From a virus (taxonomy: Duplodnaviria > Caudoviricetes), in IMG/VR virus record IMGVR_UViG_3300031772_004534, positions 1-24,637 of that record: a stretch of DNA of 24,637 nt; one strand, given 5' to 3'. Below are positions 8,386 through 16,632 of this stretch, piece by piece. Under the pieces are notes generated by a model. That model saw only the letters and a list, made by a program, of their open reading frames with translations. It was not told the DNA's origin and ran no database searches. Made by a program: the position numbers and the translations under genes. Numbering within the stretch: the stretch's first letter is position 1; every line of letters begins with the position of its first letter.

Positions 8386-8672
8386 AATTTCCCCTTCCCA
8401 ATTCCGAACCTGTCCTCGATCTTCTTGACCCGGACTTCGAGCGCGGAGATCCTATCCGGCTCGGCCTGAATTCCTAGATATGCCGCGACACGTTCAGCCA
8501 TTGCCGCCGAAGGTCGTCTTCCCTTTGCCCAATATTGAGTAATCCGGTAGCTGATGTTGAGATCCTTGGCGAGTCGATATTTCGATACTTCAGCCGTTTT
8601 TAGGGTCCTGATTAGATTTCGCCCTGAGAGCGCGCAGGAGAGGCGATCGTATTTTGACGTGTCATTCCTCAT
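8382..8672 (-). CDS. XRE/Cro-like HTH DNA-binding protein
   Basis: VSKYRLAKDLNISYRITQYWAKGRRPS HTH pattern. Confidence 0.8.
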   Translation of the reverse strand: MRNDTSKYDRLSCALSGRNLIRTLKTAEVSKYRLAKDLNISYRITQYWAKGRRPSAAMAERVAAYLGIQAEPDRISALEVRVKKIEDRFGIGKGKL

Positions 8673-8684
8673 GCTCGACCTGTT

Positions 8685-8873
8685 TCATGCATGAATTCGT
8701 GTATGCAAAGGGGCCTTCCGCACCCTTTTTGGCAGGTTCCGCCCACTTTTCACGAGATCGATCCACTCCCAAACCGAAAACCCGAGCGCGAAGACGTATC
8801 GCTTCCCTTCGCTATAGACCTCAATGCTCCCGCCATCCTCGGAGATGACGGCCTTGCAGTTTTTTTCATTCAT
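8685..8873 (-). CDS. small hypothetical protein
   Basis: ATGA overlap with upstream stop; fills operon gap. Confidence 0.55.
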   Translation of the reverse strand: MNEKNCKAVISEDGGSIEVYSEGKRYVFALGFSVWEWIDLVKSGRNLPKRVRKAPLHTRIHA

Positions 8874-9211
8874 GGCGTATCGCCCCTTCCATTCGCTGCT
8901 GACAAGAATACCTTTGCCATTTGGATCATCGTTTCAGCCGCCTTCTTGTCCCGGATCTTCGGCAGCAGGACGTATCCGCACTTATCCAGGATGTATTCCA
9001 GGTATTCTGTGTCTTGCGTCGCCGCGGTGAGCGGAGCCAACCGATCGGCCGGGAAAAGGTTTTTGCCCTCGATCCACTTATAGAGCGTGTCCCGATGGAT
9101 GCCCATCTTTTCGGCCACGGATTCGACAGCGTACTTCGCCTTGATCACGAAGTTCGTGTAGAGTAGACACTGAAGACCCGAATTAGCGCTCATAATTCGA
9201 TTGACCGACAC
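8870..9211 (-). CDS. CII-like phage regulatory protein (HTH)
   Basis: VESVAEKMGIHRDTLYKW HTH followed by LTAATQDTEYLEYI...CGYVLLP, resembling the 186 CII/YmfL type; position after cro/xis. Confidence 0.65.
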   Translation of the reverse strand: MSVNRIMSANSGLQCLLYTNFVIKAKYAVESVAEKMGIHRDTLYKWIEGKNLFPADRLAPLTAATQDTEYLEYILDKCGYVLLPKIRDKKAAETMIQMAKVFLSAANGRGDTP

Positions 9212-9425
9212 CGGCCACCCCCTTATCTTGAGTGGTATGAATGGTCGAAGAACCGAACGATCGCTTAGCCCGGAAGATCTCGATCTTATCCGGGTCGAAG
9301 CGCTTGCCGCAGGGATAGACCTCGTACGGAAGGATTCCCTTCCGGCACCAGGAATCGATCGTCCAGGGCTTGACCTGGAACAGCCGGGCCAGGTCTTTAC
9401 GGGTGAGGAGGGGGTCCTGGCTCAT
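9183..9425 (-). CDS. excisionase-like winged HTH (recombination directionality factor candidate)
   Basis: LLTRKDLARLFQVKPWTIDSWCRKGILP...RFDP pattern (HTH_17/MerR-like). Confidence 0.75.
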   Translation of the reverse strand: MSQDPLLTRKDLARLFQVKPWTIDSWCRKGILPYEVYPCGKRFDPDKIEIFRAKRSFGSSTIHTTQDKGVAGVGQSNYER

Positions 9426-9613
9426 TTGGTTCCCCGGTATATTTCATCCAGTCCCATCCCCGTGATCTTCTTGGCCTTGAGTGCGGTACTAAGACCGAAA
9501 CGGCGTTTTCCCCGTAGGCAGAGGGAAAGCATTGCCTCGGATATATCCAATTGCTTAGCGAAGGCGGCCTGTGTCATCCCTCGCTCCCTTATGAACTTGA
9601 CTATACTTAACAT
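9422..9613 (-). CDS. Cro-like XRE repressor (63 aa)
   Basis: GMTQAAFAKQLDISEAMLSLCLRGKRR HTH; start reassigned to ATG 9613 because the longer ORF runs through its own promoter. Confidence 0.85.
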   Translation of the reverse strand: MLSIVKFIRERGMTQAAFAKQLDISEAMLSLCLRGKRRFGLSTALKAKKITGMGLDEIYRGTK

Positions 9614-9622
9614 GGTGTAACT

Positions 9623-9651
9623 AATATAATAAATAATTAACACCATGTCAA
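9623..9651 (-). promoter_or_regulatory. leftward (lytic) promoter
   Basis: TTGACA (9651-9646), 17 bp, TATATT (9628-9623); flanked by inverted repeat ACATGGTGT/ACACCATGT. Confidence 0.75.
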
Positions 9652-9707
9652 GTATTATTATATTTTATTTACGACGTGCTATGTTATTGTTTATAAAACA
9701 TTTAGGC

Positions 9708-9736
9708 TTGACAGGCGGTAAAGAAAGGAAAATAAT
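9708..9736 (+). promoter_or_regulatory. rightward (lysogenic) promoter
   Basis: TTGACA (9708-9713), 17 bp, AATAAT (9731-9736). Confidence 0.7.
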
Positions 9737-9745
9737 ATTTCAAGG

Positions 9746-10054
9746 ATGATTGACTCAGCAGAAGAACTCCAGAGGCAAGCGCCTATCACGGCCCGCCTGC
9801 GAAAGTTGATGAAGGATCGCAAGGTCACGGGGATTTCGATTGCCACAGCCTTCGGGTATACCGGACCCTGGTTGAGCCTGATCATGAAAAACAAACGCAG
9901 TCTGTCGGTTGGCGAGCTATCCAAGATAGCAGAGTTATTGGGGGTTCAAATGGGCGATCTTTGCCCGAAGGCGGAAGAAATTAAACCTCCTAAAACGATC
10001 GACGAAATTGTTGATCAAAAAATTCGGGAGCGCCTAGACGAACTCAAGAAATAA
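9746..10054 (+). CDS. CI-like XRE-family repressor
   Basis: RLRKLMKDRKVT...IATAFGYTGPWLSLIMKNKRSLSVGELSKIAELLGV HTH; divergent from the cro-like gene; no S24 peptidase domain. Confidence 0.85.
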   Translation: MIDSAEELQRQAPITARLRKLMKDRKVTGISIATAFGYTGPWLSLIMKNKRSLSVGELSKIAELLGVQMGDLCPKAEEIKPPKTIDEIVDQKIRERLDELKK

Positions 10055-10071
10055 ATCTTAGGGGGTGAGTC

Positions 10072-10440
10072 ATGCGAAGATGGGGAATCTTAGTAGTGGT
10101 ATTGTGTATGACACTGGCCGCATGTGATTCCGGGGGTACACCTCCGACTCCGAAACCAATGTTCAGCGATGCCTTTAAGGTAGATATCTCTGCGCGAATC
10201 CAAGAAGCCCAAAAAAGCGGCTTGATTAAAAAATTAGACGCTCAAATCGGCAGGGTTTGGATTCAAGAATTAACCTGGGCGTCCATAAACGTTGAATTAA
10301 AGGAAGATATGACGAGAACGATCGCGGCATATTGCGCGATCCAACAAAATACCGAGTATTTGTCTGTGGATGTCATCGGATGGATGACCGGGAAAAAACT
10401 TGGGTCCTATTCAACCCTGGGTGGATTCAAGGTTTATTGA
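10072..10440 (+). CDS. lipoprotein (possible superinfection exclusion / lysogenic conversion)
   Basis: MRRWGILVVVLCMTLAA-C lipobox; GGGGGTGA RBS; between repressor and integrase. Confidence 0.75.
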   Translation: MRRWGILVVVLCMTLAACDSGGTPPTPKPMFSDAFKVDISARIQEAQKSGLIKKLDAQIGRVWIQELTWASINVELKEDMTRTIAAYCAIQQNTEYLSVDVIGWMTGKKLGSYSTLGGFKVY

Positions 10441-10441
10441 A

Positions 10442-10600
10442 ATGAAGATCATCATCACGCTCGATCGTAAAACAGCTAAACTCGATTGGTTCATCCGCGC
10501 CGAACCCGGGCCAGTGCCGCCGATAGTCAATCCGCCAAATCCAGAAGAGCCGAAGGATGGAGGACCGCCGGAACTTGAGAAAAAGCCGAAGCCATCGTGA
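10442..10600 (+). CDS. small Pro-rich hypothetical protein (52 aa)
   Basis: ATG 10442 just after the lipoprotein stop; GTGA overlap with the integrase start. Confidence 0.5.
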   Translation: MKIIITLDRKTAKLDWFIRAEPGPVPPIVNPPNPEEPKDGGPPELEKKPKPS

Positions 10601-11628
10601 TCAAAAAAGTTGGCCGCTATTACTGGCTCGATCTCTGGGTCGGGAAGAAGCGCGTCCGTCGATCGCTAAAGACGACGGAACACGGCCTGGCGATCGCCAG
10701 AGCGAACGAACTCACGCATAAGTATCGCGCCGAGGCAAAGATATCGACGACCAATCTTCGGGACTTTGCCGCCCGATATCTCGAATGGGCCAGGGAAACG
10801 AAACCCGCATCCTGGCCGGCAGAAAAACTCCGACTGGACAAGATGCTTGATCTATTCGATGAGCTCAAGATCAAGAACCTCGATGAAGTCACGGCTTATC
10901 ATATCGAACAAATCCGCACCATGCTCAAGACCAGAACCATCATCAAGGGAAAAGAATCCCGAGAGGTTGACCGCTCCAAAACTACGCTTAATCGATATCT
11001 ACAAATCCTCCGTGGAATGTTCTACAAGGCCATCGACTGGGAAATCATCCCCGGACCGAATCCGCTCCGCAAGGTAAAGTTCGCTCGGGAAGGGACGAAG
11101 ATTCAGCCGTTGACGAACGAGCAGATCAAAATAATCATGGACGAGGCGACGGCCATATCGAAAAAGCCGGAGAGTCCGATCCAGAAAGTTCTCCCCGACT
11201 TGTTGACATTTATCCTGAATACGGGGCTCCGGCGCTCCGAGGCGCTCAATCTGAAATGGGAAGATATCCGCGACGCTGAAGCCAGGGTCTTAGGCAAAGG
11301 GGCAAAACTCCGGACGGTTCCGCTCAACGTCGTAGCCCTGGGCGTCATAAATCGACAACCGCGATCCGGGCGCTATGTATTCGATGTCCCGAACCGAAAC
11401 TCCGGGAGTTTGCTTCGCCGAACGATGGACGCCATTTCAAAGAAGGCCGGAGTCCGGACCGGACTCCACCTGTTCCGCCATGCGTTCGCAACGCGGCTCC
11501 TGGCCTCAGGGGTCGATATCGTGACCATCAGCGAGATACTGGGACATGGCCGAATGATGATATCGCTCCTCTATTCCCACAGTGATCCAGTCCACAAGCG
11601 TCACGCCGTGGACTCTCTCATCCCATAA
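10597..11628 (+). CDS. int: tyrosine integrase
   Basis: TGLRRSE (R), GKG (K), HLFRH (HxxR), LGH and LYSH (Y) catalytic residues; N-terminal arm-binding-like region; adjacent att site. Confidence 0.96.
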   Translation: MIKKVGRYYWLDLWVGKKRVRRSLKTTEHGLAIARANELTHKYRAEAKISTTNLRDFAARYLEWARETKPASWPAEKLRLDKMLDLFDELKIKNLDEVTAYHIEQIRTMLKTRTIIKGKESREVDRSKTTLNRYLQILRGMFYKAIDWEIIPGPNPLRKVKFAREGTKIQPLTNEQIKIIMDEATAISKKPESPIQKVLPDLLTFILNTGLRRSEALNLKWEDIRDAEARVLGKGAKLRTVPLNVVALGVINRQPRSGRYVFDVPNRNSGSLLRRTMDAISKKAGVRTGLHLFRHAFATRLLASGVDIVTISEILGHGRMMISLLYSHSDPVHKRHAVDSLIP

Positions 11629-11644
11629 CCGCTAGCCTGATTCT

Positions 11645-11938
11645 TAGACACACGACACATGGATGTTTAGACACAGACCGATTCAATTATAGCGTATCCG
11701 ATTTATTTCAAAGAGGTTGGAAGTAGCCCTGGTGGGACTCGAACCCACGACACATGGATTAGGAATCCTAAAGTCTTTCAGGCAAGGGTTTCATTCTCTC
11801 GGGGGAAAATAGGCTTTCGGGCATTGAATGGCATGGTTTGAGATAGGCCGTTTTGGACACAGTATAGACATGTTTTCTGGGCGGCGAAGTTTTGGGACTG
11901 TTTTTTTCGGTCGGAGAGAGTGGACAGGTTTTTAGACA
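11645..11938 (+). repeat. putative integrase arm-type sites (6 x T[A/G]GACA)
   Basis: Copies at 11645, 11668, 11854, 11865, 11921 and 11933, in pairs on both sides of the core. Confidence 0.65.
11724..11768 (-). other. attP core: 3' half of tRNA-Arg(CCT)
   Basis: Minus strand GGATTCCTAATCCATGTGTCGTGGGTTCGAGTCCCACCAGGGCTA gives anticodon loop CCT, T-arm and acceptor 3' strand; D-arm and 5' acceptor strand absent; no encoded CCA. Confidence 0.9.
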
Positions 11939-11942
11939 GGGT

Positions 11943-12998
11943 TTATCGGTGCTTCCCATAGTTCGACGGCCAGCACCCAAACCTCGCCCGGTAGGACGCG
12001 CTGATTGCCATGATCGGGGCAAGCCAGCACAAGAGGTCGCCGATCGAGAATCCCGCCGGAAGGTGCTCGAAATAGACGAGGGGTCCGCGAACGCCGGCCA
12101 TGATCGGGTGCAGTTTGAGGATCGCGAGCGAGACCTTCCCCCACGTCCTCGCGGACGGCCGCGCACCCTTGCCGGGCCGAACGTCACAAATGGACGCGGT
12201 CAGGCCCGGCGGGAGATAACATCCATCGTCCGAGTAAAGGTCTGTGTTGTAGGGCTCCAGGGCCTTTAGCGATTCCGTGAACGGGAACGAGTGATCGGGC
12301 CTGATGATCGTCCGTTCGGCAGCCCTTCCGTAGGCGTCCCGGACGATCGTGCGGACCTGGTCCTGGACGGAGTTCGGCTTCTCGGACTTCGTCGTCGCGC
12401 CGTAGGTCAGGCGCGTCCAGGGGATCTTCTTCTCCTTGACGATCGGCAGGATCACACGCTCGAAGAAAGCCGGATAAGCCGCGTTCTCCGGCTCGTTGAA
12501 GTCCCAGATGATGTCATAGGCCTTGAGTTCGGAGACGCAGTCGCGGAAAAAATCGCCCGTATATTCGTCAGCCTTCGGGTCGTAAAACGTCCTGACGCCC
12601 TGGTTGTTCACGACCCAGGGGCTGAAGGTCGAGGCGATGCCGCGGAGCTCGCAGCCGTCGAAGACGCTGATGATCGTCGTTTTGTTCGAGGCCTGGTTCC
12701 GGGCCACGATCCTCTTCATGATCGGGAAGTAATAGTCGTTCCGCTTTTCTAGCTCCCACCGCTTCGTCTTCAGGTCGTAGACGAACGGCTGGAACTGGGA
12801 GCGCCGGCCGTACGGATGCGGTCCCCAGACCGCCTGGGCCATGAACCGCTCGATGTTCGCGCCGGCGTCCGCGGCCGCGTCGCACTCTGCCCCGAGCCTC
12901 GCCTCATCTAGGTTGAACTTCTTCCCGTCGAACGTGCCAAACTCGTCCATCGGGGCGAGGCGCCCGAAGCATATACCGACCTTGTCGTCACGGAGCAT
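11943..12998 (-). CDS. glycoside hydrolase-like protein (clan GH-A / GH5-like TIM barrel)
   Basis: AGANIERF, IISVFD and WDFNEP (acid/base NEP) motifs; AGGAGG RBS; no signal peptide. Confidence 0.6.
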   Translation of the reverse strand: MLRDDKVGICFGRLAPMDEFGTFDGKKFNLDEARLGAECDAAADAGANIERFMAQAVWGPHPYGRRSQFQPFVYDLKTKRWELEKRNDYYFPIMKRIVARNQASNKTTIISVFDGCELRGIASTFSPWVVNNQGVRTFYDPKADEYTGDFFRDCVSELKAYDIIWDFNEPENAAYPAFFERVILPIVKEKKIPWTRLTYGATTKSEKPNSVQDQVRTIVRDAYGRAAERTIIRPDHSFPFTESLKALEPYNTDLYSDDGCYLPPGLTASICDVRPGKGARPSARTWGKVSLAILKLHPIMAGVRGPLVYFEHLPAGFSIGDLLCWLAPIMAISASYRARFGCWPSNYGKHR

Positions 12999-13010
12999 CA
13001 GATCGTCCTC

Positions 13011-15908
13011 CTAATCTACCAAGTCAAAGAATCGACTTGTCGCTATGTAGAAATCATCAAAATCCAGATTGATGGCTGCCGCCGTTCCTGTCGTGTTGCA
13101 ATAAAATCCAACTTGATTCCAGTTTTCCGTGTTAGCGCCGCAAGACTTTGGCCCCGCCTGCTGAACTCCGTCTATGAAAACGAGGGCATAGGGAATGGTG
13201 GTCCCGTCATTAATGAAAACGTCAATCGTATACCAAGTGTCGTTGACGGCGGTCATCATATCCGTGTTTGTCGAGCCGTTCCAAAAGGTTATTTTTGAAC
13301 CAGTAGTCCTGAAATAGACCTGACATTCGTCAACATCGGAGTCGCTTCCGAGATTCCATCCTTTTGTTCCGATAGTGACGTTGGACGTCCTCATCTTGAA
13401 GTGGAACCTTGTTCCATAACAAAGTCCCCAAGGCCACGCCGCACCGGTTGTTAAATATACATACGACGATCCTTCCGTGACCGTATCGCCCGTCAGGATG
13501 CCCATTTTATCCGCGCCGGATTTTACCGCCACGGTTGCCGTTGATGTTCCGACCAGGGTGACGGCCCATGCCCCAAAGTACGTGTAGGAGCCCTGGCCGC
13601 TGATGGCTGCGGTCGCCAGTCCATCAAACGCCTCATTAAGAAGCGTAACCATTCCGGGAGAGCCGGAAGAACTCTCCGCCCACTCAGGTTCGTCGGCCCC
13701 CATCGTCCAAACGTATCCCTCGGTCCCCGCGACCACCGCCGTCCACTTCGGCGAGGCTCCGAGCCCGGCGATCATCGCCCCGCGAGTTACCGCCGCCGCT
13801 GTCGTGTCGCCGTGCGTGACCGATAGGATGTCATGGGCCGCGACAGAAGAAGCCGAAAATACAAGAGCATCTTCATCGCCATCGACTACGACAAAATGTC
13901 CGGCATGGCCCGTATAGTTGGCCTCATCAACGTCGGTCAAGCTAAGAAACGTTCCACCCCCGCCAGCCGCTATCCATTCATATCCGGTTGCTCCTGCCGC
14001 TACCGCCAGAACCTTTCCTGCGTCCCCTATCGCTATTTCACCAATGGTTGTCGTGGCAGAGGCATAGGGTATGGCATATAATGTCCACGCACTTTTATTT
14101 GTACCGCCATCGGCTACGGCAACATCCGTCCCCGCTGTCTGATAAATCGTCCCGGTAATATTCTGAAGTGTCCAGACCTTGTTCGAGCTGGCGGGGGTCG
14201 CCGTTATCGTCCCGGTCACCCCAGTGCTTTGTAGAATAATTTGGTTACTCGTTGCACTCAGGTGCAGATGATCAAATGATGGTGTACCATCCGTATCGAC
14301 GTTCTGTGTCCATGCGAGAATATCGGTTGCGCCGACTTGTAGGTTCTTCTTTGCCCCCGCCGTCGCGCCGGGCAAGATGAGTTTATATGACGTGACAGTT
14401 GCCGGAGCTTGGATGGCGATGTAGTTCGCGTTGGCTACGGAGTCCTCGCGGAATTGGATTTCGTCGCGCAATTGGAAGGAAACATAAGATTCGCATGCCA
14501 AGCCGTCGGCTTTGGCACGAAGGATTGGGCCGCGTCGAGGCAAAAGGGTGCTCCGAGTGATTTGGCCGGAAAGGGAAATGCCCCGAGGGCCGTTAATTGT
14601 ACCATCCGTGTTGCCATATACGCCAAAATGGGAGATGAACGTCCCATCTAATTGCCATTGCAAGATTCGGGCATAATTGGTGGTCTGCGAATCAGAAATG
14701 TAGAGATATGTCCCGTCGGTTGTTATTCCGCCGGGGACATAAACCTCTGTATGTCCCTCGCCGCTCCCGTTTGTGCCGAACTGAGATATCCACGTCAGAT
14801 CGGAACAGGCATACTTATAAACGGCGGCGGACCCGCCAAAACTATTGCTGTTTGTCAGATATAGATATCCGCCTGTGGTACAGATGGCGGTAAGGGTTGC
14901 GGAATCAATGTGGCCGTCCGTCCCGGCGGGCATGACCCGAGTATCAAGTGAAAGGTCATCGCAAGAGTGCTTGAATATCCGATAGGTCGCTCCGGGCGTT
15001 TGAACTGTATAGATATGCGTCCCATCAGTACAGATGTAATCAGGGGCAAGGAATCCCGGCCCTGCTGTTTCGGAAACATAGGATAGGTCGGAACAGAGTC
15101 GCTTTACTACACGATTATTATTTTTATCAACTATATAAAGCCACGTCCCGTCCGTGCAAATTCCATGTGGGGAATTAAAGTTATCATTCCCTGATCCATG
15201 TGAACCTATCTTGGCGACGAAAGAAAGGTCGGAAAGAAGATGTTTCTTGATTCTATCGTTCGTGGTGTCGGTTACATATACCCATGTTCCATCAGAACAA
15301 ATTCCCCACGGCTGGTTGAACTGATCGTCACTGCTTCCATTAGTCCCGATTTTGGCCAAATAAGAACCGTCGGCGGTGAGCCATTTCTGTATCCGGTAGT
15401 TACCCGAATCAGCGACCAGGAAGAATGTATCGTAGGAATAGGACAGTTCGTAGGTTTCCTCTTCCACCACATCCGTCAGAATATCTCCGGTGCAGAGGAG
15501 CCAATCGTTGGATAGGCTATCATCCAATCCGTGCGTCCATCTAGTGACGGGCGTTACGCCGACAGCGTACTGGATGATCGGGTCACGGGCCGTGCCGCTC
15601 GCGTTGCTGAGCTTCAAGAAAGGCGCAACGGACGACGAACTCAGATAGAGCCCCGCGTGGTAGGGCGTCGCCGCGATCCTGACGTCCTGGTCGATATAGC
15701 TGTCCCCCGAGATCGTGAACGACCGCGTGCCCGCGGCTACGAGGAAATTGAGCGTCCGCCCCGCCGTGTCGTTCTCGTTCCAGTTGAACAGTAATGAGTG
15801 GCTGAGGTTTGTGTCCCATAGCCGGACCTTCTGGACTGGGCCCTGGCCGAAAAGGAAAACAAATCCTATGAGCGCCGCGATCGCCGCGGCCGCGAGCCGT
15901 TTTTTCAT
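13011..15908 (-). CDS. tail-fibre-like protein with N-terminal signal peptide, NHL beta-propeller and C-terminal beta-sandwich
   Basis: MKKRLAAAAIAALIGFVFLFG-Q; repeated FNxPxGICxDGTWxY NHL units; fibre motifs DVAVADGGT and GKVLAVAAGATGYEW; NDTWYTIDV...VFIDG LamG-like end; AAGGAG RBS. Confidence 0.75.
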   Translation of the reverse strand: MKKRLAAAAIAALIGFVFLFGQGPVQKVRLWDTNLSHSLLFNWNENDTAGRTLNFLVAAGTRSFTISGDSYIDQDVRIAATPYHAGLYLSSSSVAPFLKLSNASGTARDPIIQYAVGVTPVTRWTHGLDDSLSNDWLLCTGDILTDVVEEETYELSYSYDTFFLVADSGNYRIQKWLTADGSYLAKIGTNGSSDDQFNQPWGICSDGTWVYVTDTTNDRIKKHLLSDLSFVAKIGSHGSGNDNFNSPHGICTDGTWLYIVDKNNNRVVKRLCSDLSYVSETAGPGFLAPDYICTDGTHIYTVQTPGATYRIFKHSCDDLSLDTRVMPAGTDGHIDSATLTAICTTGGYLYLTNSNSFGGSAAVYKYACSDLTWISQFGTNGSGEGHTEVYVPGGITTDGTYLYISDSQTTNYARILQWQLDGTFISHFGVYGNTDGTINGPRGISLSGQITRSTLLPRRGPILRAKADGLACESYVSFQLRDEIQFREDSVANANYIAIQAPATVTSYKLILPGATAGAKKNLQVGATDILAWTQNVDTDGTPSFDHLHLSATSNQIILQSTGVTGTITATPASSNKVWTLQNITGTIYQTAGTDVAVADGGTNKSAWTLYAIPYASATTTIGEIAIGDAGKVLAVAAGATGYEWIAAGGGGTFLSLTDVDEANYTGHAGHFVVVDGDEDALVFSASSVAAHDILSVTHGDTTAAAVTRGAMIAGLGASPKWTAVVAGTEGYVWTMGADEPEWAESSSGSPGMVTLLNEAFDGLATAAISGQGSYTYFGAWAVTLVGTSTATVAVKSGADKMGILTGDTVTEGSSYVYLTTGAAWPWGLCYGTRFHFKMRTSNVTIGTKGWNLGSDSDVDECQVYFRTTGSKITFWNGSTNTDMMTAVNDTWYTIDVFINDGTTIPYALVFIDGVQQAGPKSCGANTENWNQVGFYCNTTGTAAAINLDFDDFYIATSRFFDLVD

Positions 15909-15911
15909 GAC

Positions 15912-16160
15912 CTACTCCTTGTTTCGCGGCGTGGCCTGGGGTTGCCCGGGCGCCTTCACCGGTGCGCTCGGCCCTGCCGTCTTGCCGTTGAGGTACGAGA
16001 CGATCTGCTGTATCGCCGCGCCCTGGTCGTTCACCGCCTTGACCAGCGCCGCCGTTTGCAGTGTCGCCTCGATCTTCGCGAACCTGATGAACATCGTCAC
16101 CGCAAGGACGATGACAAGGGCGAAGATGATCACGTCCTTTAAACTGATCTCTATTTTCAT
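15912..16160 (-). CDS. single-TM membrane protein (82 aa)
   Basis: Start reassigned to ATG 16160 (GGAGG RBS, ATGA overlap); TM VIIFALVIVLAVTMFI then amphipathic helix and P/A/Q-rich tail. Confidence 0.7.
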   Translation of the reverse strand: MKIEISLKDVIIFALVIVLAVTMFIRFAKIEATLQTAALVKAVNDQGAAIQQIVSYLNGKTAGPSAPVKAPGQPQATPRNKE

Positions 16161-16624
16161 GATGTCCTCCATCCCGAGCCTGTAAAGTGCTCTATAATCC
16201 ACTTCCCTGCCGCGATAACGCAGAGCCTCACGAGGGCGAACGTCTCCTCGGCCAGGTCGTTATAGACTGTCCCGCCGGCGCTCGAATCCTGGATCGTCTC
16301 GCCCCCGGCGGCCTGCACGGTCAGCTTGCCCGCTCCGCGCTTGACGAGGCTCACGTAGAGTCCGATGTCCTCAGCGTCGACTGCCGGGAGGGTGAAGATC
16401 TTCGGCCCGGCGTTTGTCATCGTCAGGAGTTTACCGAAGTCCTCCTCGTCGAGCGTGTAGTCGTCCGTCTTGTCCTCGACGGTCTCGCGTTGGGCCACGG
16501 CCTCCGTATCCCCGTCGTCGAGGTCGACGAACTGCGTGACGCCGCCGGCCCGCAGAAGGGCGAGAATCTTCCGGACGAGCGCCTCCGCCGAGTTCCTTGA
16601 GAATGTCCTATCGCCGACCGGCAT
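16157..16624 (-). CDS. minor tail / fibre-associated protein (155 aa)
   Basis: Start reassigned to ATG 16624 (TGAGGA RBS); KTDDYTL...D.GK...FTLP...GAGKLTVQAAGG motif typical of short fibre domains. Confidence 0.7.
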   Translation of the reverse strand: MPVGDRTFSRNSAEALVRKILALLRAGGVTQFVDLDDGDTEAVAQRETVEDKTDDYTLDEEDFGKLLTMTNAGPKIFTLPAVDAEDIGLYVSLVKRGAGKLTVQAAGGETIQDSSAGGTVYNDLAEETFALVRLCVIAAGKWIIEHFTGSGWRTS

Positions 16625-16632
16625 TTTTTTCC

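Noticed and set aside
8041-8469. + strand ORF as the product of the antisense promoter at 7897
   Set aside because: TTG start without an RBS, lies after the hairpins, and reads as a shadow of the charged minus-strand gene.
11724-11800. Complete tRNA-Arg gene
   Set aside because: The 5' half (acceptor strand, D-arm, outer anticodon stem pairs) is missing; it is an att fragment.
13011-16624. Diversity-generating retroelement or invertible fibre cassette
   Set aside because: No reverse transcriptase, invertase, template/variable repeat pair or inverted cassette seen in this window.
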